Below are positions 30,801 to 42,800 of a stretch of DNA of 64,000 nt, piece by piece. Position 1 is the stretch's first letter, and every line of letters begins with the position of its first letter. The position numbers were made by a program, and so were the translations under genes. This DNA comes from a virus (lineage: Duplodnaviria; Caudoviricetes): positions 32,001-96,000 of the IMG/VR virus record IMGVR_UViG_3300021426_000004. One strand, written 5' to 3'. The notes beneath the pieces were generated by a model. That model searched no databases. It saw only the letters and a program-made list of their open reading frames with translations, and was not told the origin of the DNA.

Positions 30801-33800
30801 ATTAAGATTATGACTACCACGCTTATCCTCGTTCTCTTGTTTCTGCTCAACAATAGTAATACGTTTAGCACCAAGATCGTTAATCGTATTTTTAATGTTT
30901 TCAAGATTTTCTTCGTATTGCATCAACTGTTCATTGGCTTTGTTCCAGTCATCAGAACCTCTCTCCAGTGTGGCGAGCTGGTTCTTAAGCTCCTGGATGC
31001 TTTGAGCGTATGCGCTTCTTAATCTTTCTTGGTTGGCAATCTGTTGATCGATATTGCTGCCATAATTATCATAATCGTTAGTAAAATCAAGATACTTTTC
31101 CTGGATCTCAAGCATTTTGGATTGATGCTCAATTTCGGAGATGCGTTGCTTCTGTTTTTCAAGAAGCTTATCGGTTGCGGATTTACCGCCACCTCCGCCG
31201 CCTCCGCCACCTTTATTATTATACGATCCGCCACGTCCGCCGCCTTTAACTCTTGCAGTTTTAAAGGTGCTAGAATCTGCAACGACTTTAACATCACCGT
31301 TTCCTTCTTTATCACTTTGTGCTATAACGCGAACATGTGCTTCTGCCAATATTCCGTTGAAAATTTCTAAAGCGGCTGCTAACGATTCATTATATTGTGC
31401 CACAACAGCCGCCAACTGACTGAAATCCAAATCTCCTGTTTGTGGATCGGTAATCATATTAATCTTGGGACGAACTTCAAATGGTTGAGCATTAATTTCG
31501 TCCAGTGCTTGTTGCACTAAAGGTTGGAGCATTTCTGTTCCAAAGTTTTCTTGAATAGAATCTTCAAGCAACTTTGAATATTCAGTTGCTTCTTCTTTTG
31601 TCCATTGTTCTATGTCTGACTTATCAAAACCGATTTTACCAAATTGTTTTACGGCAACTTGATCTTTTGCTATCTGTTTACCGGTTTTGCCAGTGCTTTT
31701 CTGAGCTGCTGTAATAGCATCTTGATAATCTTTTGCTTGTTTTGTTAACTGTGCAATTTCTTTCTTTTGGGCGAGGCCGCCTTTTGCCAGCTCACCCATT
31801 GATTTCGCAGCTTTTGAATTTGCTTCGCCATATCCTTTTGCTTCAACAGCAGCTGTCTTTAAAGCAGCTTTTGTATCTGTTAATCTATCTTTGATTATTG
31901 CTTCTTTTTCAGCATAATCAACAGCATTTTTATCAAGAGAAAGATAAGCATCAATTAATTCATCAAGCCCTGTCGCAGCACTTGTGAAGTCTTTTTTCAT
32001 ATCTTCGCTGGCTTTACCGTATTTATCTTGATATGTTCCATCTTCTATAGATTGAATCATATCATAAGCGCCTTGAATTTTATCTATCTGAGTTATTCCA
32101 TCATATCCTTGAGCATACCTTTGCATGCGAAGTGTTGCATAGCTTTCTTCGGGCGCCGTTAATGTATAGTTTTGATCTTTTGTTCTTTCTGCAATATCAG
32201 AACCAACAACAGCAGCATAATCGTTGTAGAATTGTGGATTAGTTATTGGATTATATAAGGACGCTGCATTATAAATCTCGTCTCTTGTTTTATATCCAAA
32301 GTCTGCATATGCAGCAGTTTGCATAGCATTATATCTGTTTATCTTTTCTTGATCTCCTGGTAAATAATCTGTACTGCCACCGTAATGGTTCATGATAGAG
32401 TTATATTCATCTTGTATTGCAAGATAATCCTTTTGATTTTGAGTTAATCCATTAAACGCTTGTTGGTAAAGCTCGTTATTGCCTTTTCTTAACTCATCAA
32501 TCCTGTTAGTATCACCGCTGAGAATTACTCTTTGAGCTTGTTCAATTTCATATGGAGTTTTCGAACGCTGTAAACCATAGGCAAGGTTTTCTCTGTCAAT
32601 ATCTTGTGTAGTGCCAATTGGTTCAAATTCTCCAAACGCCATTCTGTCAAACCAGTTTTGAAACTCAGGTGTTGCTGCATAACGTTGTCCAGTATCTTTA
32701 CTCGTCCAATATAATGCTCCTGTTGTTTCATCGTATTGATACGGTTGATAAATGGCATATTTGTTTATTTCTTCTAACGCATCTTTAACTAAAATAGGAT
32801 TTGTTTTTGTTTTATATCCCATTTTTGCAGCTTCTTGTTGTGCGTAATCAACACCCATCGTTTTTGCAAGTTGGGTGAGCCGTCCAGCCGTTTGTTCTCT
32901 TTGATCTTGAATTGCTCTATCTGCATTAGCTCTAGCTTCTGTCATATTTGCTTCTATACGAGCTTTACTCCATCCTGGATTCAGGCTCATTAAAGCATTC
33001 ATTTGTTCTTCCGAAGTTCCATTTTGAAGCATAGCTACTTGCTGTTCAAAATTATAATTATCAGACTCCATTTGAAGCTTAGCTTTAATCTCAAATTGTC
33101 CGCCCTTTTTAAGGTTCTCAATTAACTGAGTTGTTCCTTGAAGAACTTTATTAGCACTTTCAAGATCGTCGATTCCAGCAACAGCAATCTTAACATCAAA
33201 GTCTCTCTTAAGATTGAGTCCTTCGATATCAGTCCGCTGTGCTTCTGTCATATTTTTATATCTATCAATTTCAGCGCCATAAATACTATTAACAGCATCA
33301 TACTGACTTTTAGTCCAATTATTTGCTTGAGCATATTCAGCCAAAGACTTATAATCACTTGACATTGCTTTATCGGCAAGATCTGCGATTTCTTTCTTTG
33401 TGTATTGCGTCAATCCAGTATCTGGTTTTAATGAATTTTTGCTGATTGACTGATTGATGTATTTCTCAATCTCTTCAGAAACTTCGCCATTTTCATATGC
33501 TTTTAATATCTCATCGGTCATATCACCGAATATATTTTGCATATTTTTATATACTACTTCAAATACATCATCATTCTTAAATTCAGAGGCCCATGCATTA
33601 TCAGCTTCCATTGCGCTCATTGCTGTTTTTACAATATCTACAGGTTGTGAATATCCGATCTTTGCTTTGCTTGCAATATCTTGAAACTGTTCCCAAGTGA
33701 TTGAAGGATTTTCGCCTGTTGCCATCACATAAGCAGATAACAGTTCAGGAGAATTCGCAAGAACATTAGCAAACTCTTGAGCTCTGTCATTTTCTTCGTA

Positions 33801-36800
33801 GGATTTCTTAAGTTCTGACATATTTGTTGCTGTAGACACAGCAGCAATTAAATCTTCTCTTTGTTGATTGATTGGTCTTTTCTTTCTTAAATCAATTAAT
33901 GAAGCATCAACAGCGTTATCAACAGATGTTCTGTATTGAGCTATCTCTTCAGGAGTATATCCTTCAAGAAGATAATTTGAACCTTTTTTCTTCAGGTTGT
34001 CAATTTCAGCTGAAATTGCGGAAACATTCAATAAGTCACCAATGAAATACTTATCTTTTATATCTCCGTTTTCATCAGTTATCATCTTGAAAAATTTATC
34101 AGTAAAAATATTTTGTATAGTACTTTCACTAACAGTGTCTGTTGCCAAATCGCTTAAATTCCACTGTCCAATCAACTCTTTGATATAATCATTATTAAAG
34201 GTACGTCTCTGAGCATCATATGTTTCTTCATTGCTAAAATCTAATTTAAAACGATTTTTCCAAAAACTATCGTAAGCAGCTGCAATGATTCTTTGATCTG
34301 AAGCTTGTAAATCTTTAACTTTCTTAGGATCTGTACCAAGCAAAGATAACATTGTTTCATCGTTTTTGTAATATGATCCAATGATTTTTTTAGCAACGTC
34401 ACTCTTATTAAAAAGATTAACAAAACCAGTGGCTTTATCAAGCGTTGGATTATTACTTTCACTAAAAATATTTTGTGATGTACTAAAGTTATCAATTATT
34501 TCATGAGATTGTAAATCGCCATTTTCATCATAATATGTTGTGTCTGCACCAGCTTCGGATAAATATTTTATTGCTTCTCGATCTAAATGACCATAATCAA
34601 ATCCACCAATAACAGTTTCATCAAACTTTTTATTGTATTCTTGTTGTCCATAAACTTCTTGATGTTGTTTGGTCATTTCATCTGTTTCTTTGTGTATTCT
34701 TGCTGCTTCGGCATCGGCAGCGTCAGATGCCTTAGTCAAAGCGCTAGAAAACTCAGAAAGATTCGTTGTTGCATTTTTAACTTCTGGTGCAATGGTAGGG
34801 AAGGCATTCCCTAAATCATTCATAGCAGAAATTAACTTTGCTCTTGCATCTTTTTCTGATATTGTATTTCCAGATTCGGTTGCTTTTAAATATTCATCAT
34901 ATTTCTTTTGAGCTTCACTTATAATATCTCTTCTATTATTTAAAGAAGACATACTCTTCGAATAATAATTATTTACATTAGCAAGATCAGCAGCGCTTTC
35001 ACGGGCGAATCTTTCTTCATCTGTTTCGACGGAGCCGCCGCCGAAAATTGTTTTTAATACGCCTGTAGTACCAATACCTGCAACTAATCCTACAATAGCA
35101 GATAATCCAGCAAGGATTGGCATTTTCAACTTTAATGCAAGAATTGCTCCACCTATTGCTGTTAACGTGCCGACAATAACGCCACCTGCTTGTTCAAAGG
35201 CATCCGATCCGGCCGCAAATTGAAGGAATCCTGAAACAATATCAAGAGCTCCTGTAACAACACCGCTATTGACAAAACTTTCAACAACCGCATCCCACGA
35301 ACTTTTAAGCGTATCTAAAGAAGCGGCGAGACTTTGCATAGCAATTTCATATTTTGATTGTGTTATTCCACCGCTATTTGAAGCAAGGTCAAGATATTCT
35401 TTTATCCTTTTGCCGCCGTCTTCGGACATACCTTCCATTAATGTTGAGAAGATATTTGTCTGTCTAGTTCCAGCTAAAGCGTTTGTAACAACGGATTTCT
35501 GAACATCACTCAACTTTTCCCATACACCAGCAAGATCACTTAAAACTTCGTATGCCGTGCGCATCTTTTGTCCGTTCTTATCTGAAAACAGATCTATACC
35601 AACAGACTTTAATGCTGCTTCAGCATCTGAAGCAGTTGTTTTTTCACCGTTTTGATCTGCCGTCCAGCCCGAAAGACTAATTCTTCTCATACGAGTAAAG
35701 ACAGTCTGCAAAGCCGTACCAACCTGAGTGCCGCTCAACTGAGTATCGGAAGTACCAACAGTGAGCAATGCAGTTAATTCTGCATAAGATACACCTGCAA
35801 CTTTAGCAGATGCAGCAGCCTTTTGCATACCTTTACCAATTTCGGCGGCGGTAGTTGCAGCGCTATCACCAAGCGCGACAAGTGCGTCCATTGCCTGTTC
35901 TGCAGAAGGCACCAGGTCATTCTGAAGAGCAGTTGTAATAATCTTTGTAGCTTCAGTAACGTTTAGTTTTGTAACTGTAGCAAATTTAATGATAGATTCT
36001 GTTCGATTTGAAACTTCTTGATCGCTTAATCCTTGACGATATAAAGCAGCTTCAGTGTTAGCAACATTGGAAACAGAAGTACGAAGTCCAATAGCTTTAT
36101 TAATTGTATTAGAACGAACAGAAGCCATATCACTATCTGACTTAAGCGTAATGGCCTGTATTTCGTTCATAGAAGCATCAAATTCTTTTATAAAACGCTT
36201 GGTTTCTTGGAGAGCTTTTTGAAAAAGTTGACGACCAAGACGAGCTGCAACTCTTTCAATTGTTTGACCAAACACAGCTGCAGTTGCACTGGCTTTGCCA
36301 AACGGACTTTGAAGCTGAGAAAGATCCTGACTTGCTCTTTGCGCTTCTTCTCTAAGTTTCGCGAGGTTAGTCTGAGCTTCAGCGTAACCATTGTCGCCTT
36401 CTTTTAATCCAGCAGTTTCTTTTTCGTAAGCTCGAAGCTTAGATTGCGCTTCAACGTTCCTATTTTCAGCTTGAGTAAGAGCGTTATTATAGATGCTGTA
36501 AGCACGAGTAGCAATATTTCTAGAAGTGCCAAAGCGATTCATACGCATCATATTGCCACGTCGAGTAATCTGATTTACTGCATAGCCTTGTTGTAATTGA
36601 CGAAGATCGTTTTGTGATTCAAAATCTTTTTTATACTGTTCTGTTACTTTTTCTACTTCACTGTTATACTCATCTTCAACTTGTTTTTTGTAATCTGATA
36701 AACGAGCATGAGGATTTGTCAGACGATCTTCTTTAAATTGTTGCGCGGCTTTTCTTGCATTTAACTCTTTTTGCGCATTTAATACATTAATACGCTCTTG

Positions 36801-39800
36801 TAAACCCTTGTTATATATTTCATCTTTCGATGCTTGAGTTATTCCGAGTTTTAATTTTGCAGCATCGATTTGATTTTGATCAAACTGATTTAAGGATTCG
36901 TTGCTTAACAAATGTTCTGCCTGAGAAAGCCGAGATGTCAATTCTGTTCCGCTTATAAGTCCTCGTTCAAACAAATCTTTAGCGTCGACTTTAGCATTGT
37001 TAATCTGTTCAATAAAAGAAAGCCTATTTTTTGCTAAGTCCATTGGCTTTGCGGCTTCTTTATCAACCATCGCTGTTAAAGAATTGAATGTATTTCCGAG
37101 AAGTTCTGTTGCAGATCCTTGTAATTGTTTAATATACTGTTGAACAAATGGTTCGTTTAGTTTCTCTTGTTGAGTAGCTGCATCCAAATTTTTTGTCATT
37201 GCTTCAACTTCTGAAACTTTTAAATCCATTTCCTCTTCTTGTTTTTTTCTAAGATCTTGCGTAGCTTGCAATCTGGATGTTGTTTTTTCTCTTGCAGTTT
37301 CAAGTCTTTCAGCAGCAAGTTTATCGTTTCCTTCTTTTATAGCACTGCTAATAGTAAAGAATTCATCGCTAGAAGCTAATTCTGGATGTCTGTTGAGAAG
37401 TTTTGTTCTTTCTCTTTTAGCAATTCCTTTTTCTTTTGTAGTCAAACCCGAGGAATTAATAGCATCAGTATATCCTTGAATACGATCTAATATATCTTTT
37501 TCTTCTTTGAGTTCTCGTTCTTGACTTTTTAAACTGTTTATGCGACCAGATGCATCTTCTATGTCTTGGTTTCGTTCGTCTATTCTTTCTGATAAATAAT
37601 CTTTATCTCTTCGAATATTATTAAATCTTTCCTGTACTTTATCATAAGATTCAACTAAAGCTCGACCGGCTTTTGTTCCGCTGTTTCCTGCAATGGACCT
37701 AAATATATCTTCTCCAAAGTTTTCAGTGTCCAGCACAACTGCTTGTGAAAGGCCAAGATCCAAATTGCTCATTGCTGCATCATATCGAGCTTGTAAGTCC
37801 TTTGCCTGAGCTGTATTACCAGCAATTTCCTCTTGTTTGGATTGCTCAAGAAGTAAGTTTGCTTGATTATACTTTGATCTCCATATTACATCGTCTGGAG
37901 TCCTTTTATCTCTTTCTCTTGTTCTTTTGTTAACAAAACTTTGAATTTCTTCATCTGCTTCAATTGCTTCATTATATCTGTCGTGCAACCATAAAGCATC
38001 TGTTATACTTCCTGTATTAAATTTTCCGCTTTTAGAACTTCCTTTTCTGTTAACAATTTGATCTGCAACACTTTCCCTAATATCTCCAAACATGTTTTCA
38101 CGGAGAAATTTAGCTGCATCAAGCACGTCTCCGATAGATGTATTTTCTTTTGCAAGTTGTTGAATTCTATTAATCGACCTAGATACATTATCATCACTTA
38201 AACTTAAATCAGCATCAGAAAAAATCATTTTTCGAATTCGATTCTGGTATGGTTCTATAATGCCAACTTCACCAATGTTTACTCCATTTTTTTGAAGTTG
38301 ACTATCATAAATAGCCTGCTGTACTCTCCATTTTTTCCAATCGTCGTCTGATGGTTTCCAATAATTCTTAATATCTGCCATCACTTCGCGTTGGTCATCT
38401 TTTCTGCTTCTGAATCTTAAGTCGTATGAACCAGTCATACCTACGTCTTCATCTGTTGTTAATTTTTTCCCTTTACCTGTTATTATCATATTTCCAGCAG
38501 CAGTTTTTGGACCTTTTCCTACGTCGCTTGATTCTATGCCAACGACTTGCCAATCGCTTTCTGGATAAATGCTTAATAATCCTTCTCCACCTAAAAATTG
38601 ACGAAGAGCGTAATATCTGTCGTTTAAGTTTGTTCCACTTGTTTTTAACGTTTGGCGTTCAGCATCTGTTAATCCTCTGCTTCCTGCAGGAAGTTTAAAT
38701 CCTTTTCCTTGCTTTTTTAAACCAAGATACTCGTCAAAAACATCAAGAGCTTCTTTTTGTGCTGCTTTCAGCTGATCTTCTGACAATGGTGCTGAAGCAT
38801 TCATTCGCAGTTGCATAAAGTGCTCAATTGCTGTATGTGCAGCTTGCCCAATTTCTGTACTAGCAAGCGTTGAATTATTTTCACGTCCAGTAATTAAGTC
38901 TTCCATAAAGTTTGCTGGATTATATGCAAATTTCGACAATGAGCTAAAAGAAAGTCTTGGCATATTGTCAATCATTCTTTTTTTCTCATCTACAGTCAAC
39001 AAATTAAATGACTCCAAAAGTCTAGCAAGTTTAGTATTCTGAGTGGGTTCACTCATTTCTTCAAACGCTTTAGGAGTTGTTTTTGCAGATAATAACTTTG
39101 TAAAGTCTAAACCTCCGACAACGTTTGGCAACTTCATTGCTTCTAATGTTGTGAAAATCGAATCATTTACGCCTTCATCGTGCATATGCGATGCAGACAT
39201 TGCCATACCAGACAATGCGTTTTGAATAACCTTGCCGCCTAATCTATTAACTACTCTTTCGGCTATTGCTCTGTTTGATCCTTTTTCGTTAAATGCTTTA
39301 CCTTGTCTGTCTCTTTCGTTTTTCACTAACGCTGCTTGTTCATCGATTGCAGCAGAGCGCAATTCTCCTAATTTAGCAATTGTTTCTTCGTCTATGGCAA
39401 GATAATCTGCATTTAAATATCCCATCCAAGTATCACGTAACGCAGATTGCATACGACCTAAAGCAGTTGATTCATCCTTTTTCCCTAACACAGAATCAAA
39501 AATATAATTCCAGTCATAATTTTTATTAATATCTACGCCTCTTTGTTTAGCAAAATACCGAGAAAGCATCATAGAACGTACATTGCTAGACATTGTATTA
39601 AACGGAAGATTGGTTGACCAGAATTTAGCGCCAAGCAAACCATCGCTGCCTTTAGCGCTTTCGATTAAATTTGGAATGGATACGTTTCCATATTTATCTC
39701 TGTTTTTATCGACAATATGGAAAAACTCCGTAAATGCTCTGTATTTTGATAACACTTCTAATTGTTCCGGAGTTGTATCCATTTCTATACCAGTCTTATT

Positions 39801-42800
39801 TCTAATAGAATTAACACTGTATTGTGATTCTGCAGCAGACATAGCTTTTAAAACAGTTGAATCCCAAGGAACTTGCATTGCGTTACGAATAGTTGCGTCA
39901 GGACCACCCATAAAATACCCATTCTGCATTGCTGGAACGAGTACTTTCATAACATCTATACCTTTATTTAAATCAATATCATCTGCACCAAAGACGTTAT
40001 GTTTAAATTCTTCTTTTATTTTATCTGCTTCAGCTTGAGAAAGGCCTCTTTCGTCTATTTTCTTTATACCTAAATCATAAGCTTTTTTCAAAATCTCTGC
40101 CGCTGCAACTTTTTCGCCTTTTTTATTTTTACCTGTATATGCAAGACCAATCAAATCCATGACGTCTCCATCGAAATCAGCGTCTTGCAGAAGCTGCATA
40201 ACTGGAGATGAAGGTGAAATATAAAAAGCATCCGGATCAAAACCAGAATCTGAAAGATACTTTTGAATTGCTTTTTCACGTTGAGAGTTTCCGACAGATA
40301 TATTTTTAACTTCTCTTGCAGAACGTGTCGTTGCAGGATACCGACTAATTCCTACAACTGAAGCCATGAGCTTCTGAAAAGCAATTTCGTCATCATCCAT
40401 AGTCAGCAAACCAAGTGTTTTTCTTTGGTCTTCAGACATTTGAGAGTACAGTGTATCGTAATATGATTTTGTTTCTCCGTCTTTAATTATGCCTGTGCCG
40501 CTTTCGTTTATGTTTTTTAATCCAGATATAATTGCATTAAAGAAATATGGTTGAGCCATTGCCCTGGAAGTTTCTAAGGATCTAGGTAAAATTGTATCTC
40601 CTTGCGAAATTCTCGTAAGCATTCCAAGACGGAATCCTTGTATTTCGTCCTGAATGCGCTTATCTCCCATGACAGCACCGTTTGTTGCTAATATTAAATC
40701 TCTCATTTCTGAGTTACCAGCAAAGACGGTATCAAGAGCTCCCTGCATTGTTCCAACACGGGCATACTCGTCTAAAAATGCTCGTGTTGTCATTTCGACA
40801 AATTCCGGAGAATTACCAAGAATCTGCGATGCTTGTCTGGACATCCAGTGGATTCCGCCTTGAGCATCTTTCATTGTTTTGTTTGCAAAAATTTTTCCAC
40901 CTGAACGTTCAATTTCTTCTGCAATATTCTTTTTAATTTCTTCTGTAGGAAGTAGTTTTCCATTATCATCTTTATATTTGATTCCGGCGTTTTTTACATC
41001 GGACATACTAAGTAAAAGATCCAAATCGTCTGTTATTTCTTCTACTCTTCCGTCAGGACCGATTGTTTTTACGGAGCCACCAAAGGGAGCCAGAAAACTT
41101 GATAAATTCAATGGGCTTAAGGCTGTTTTAACACCTGGCATGCGTGCTTGAAATCCTCTTGGAACATACTTGCTGTTTATGTAGCTTGTTCCGTTCATAC
41201 CAGACCCGCCAATTTCTGAAGGTGTTTGTCCAAATTTTGCGGCATCTTCAAGATCAAACAGTCCAATTTTTAAGTTCTTTGGCAGTTTGGTGCCAAATAA
41301 ATCTTGAATGCTTTCGCCAGATGTTGCAGGTTTACTCGCGTATTCTAGCGTTTTTGCTGCTTTATTAAATGCTTCGTCTCCGACGAAGTGCAAATTTTTT
41401 AGTCCGCCCCAAAAAACACTTTTATCTCTTTCTCCTGTTTCTTGATTTATAACAGGCGCAATGGCATTATATAAAGGATCAGCAACAAACTCCAAACCTA
41501 ATCCTTTATGTGCTCGCGAAAACGTATAATGTGTTTGTTTTCCGTGAGGAGACTTTGTAAGTCCTTCGTCAATGTATTTCGCATATTGTTGCATTAAATC
41601 GTTTCTTGTTTTTTCATCAAGACCTGGATCTGCAAGTCGCGGATCAACTTGAAGATAAACAATATCATCAATTGCATCGTTATTATTCGGCATCTTACCA
41701 GTTTTACGATGTCTAAATATGTTTTCCAGATGCAAACTATGGTCAATAGACATATAACGATCATCTCTGTCTGATTGACCGTAAAACTTTGTTCTATCTC
41801 TATTTAAATCAACACCGGCTTGTAAATCAGATAAAGTATAATTTGCAACTTCGTATCGTTTAATGTTTGGAGAAAACGGTATTTTTGCCTCTGTGTCACT
41901 AAATTGATTTAATGGAATATTTGATACTTTTGCTCCACGATTAGGCGTGAGCCAACTGAAATTATCGGATAGAATGCGTGCTGCATTCATATTACCTAAA
42001 AAAGGTTTATTGTTTTTTCTAGCGATTCTATCCCAAAATTGTTTATCATTAACATCTGTAATGCCATACATCGGCATACCTTTTGCAGAAGAAATGATCG
42101 CATCATATAACTCGCTGGAAAGGTTGTTGATTAACCCCCGGGTTAGTCCATTCCTCATTCCAATCGTTCCGTTTAATCGAACAGCTACTCCCGATTTTTC
42201 AGCAGCTGACAAAAAGTAAGGATTGGTTTTAAGTAAATTTTCAACTATAGCCTTTTCTTTGTTTGTTAAAGCTTCGTTGCTGTTTGGCTCGGATATAGCG
42301 CCTTTTGCCGCGTGAAAATTTTGAAATTGAGATGGAAGCATATTTGCAAAGCTATCAAAAAGATGTGCTTGTTTTTCAGATCCTCTTGATATTTGCGACA
42401 TAAAACCTTTACGTTGTGTTTGGTCTGTTCCTTGGAACATTAATATTTCTGACAAAGCATCTGCTGCTTTTGAAGTTCTTGACATTCCAAGTTGTTCAAA
42501 AATACCATTATCAAAAAGTTTATTTTTTATTCCTGCTTTAAAAGAAGCTGTATCCATCAGTGTTGTAGCAGATCTTTGAAAATCAGCAACTTGTGTTACC
42601 AATGCACGCATATTTGGCATTAAATTGGTTGCAGTTTTCAATAAACTCTGGCCTGCTTTTTTCCCGCCAACAGAAGACATTAAAGTAGATGAAGCAGTAA
42701 CAAATGAACGCATTTCATTTATTGTTGCTTCAATTCCTCTGCGAAGCATTTCTCTTTCAGCGTACAAGTCACTTAATTGCTTTTCTGAAAAAATAGGTGA

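Noticed and set aside
38200-38960. Cas4 / CRISPR adaptation gene
   Set aside because: Lacks the Fe-S cysteines, is a domain of the TMP, and no cas genes or arrays are present
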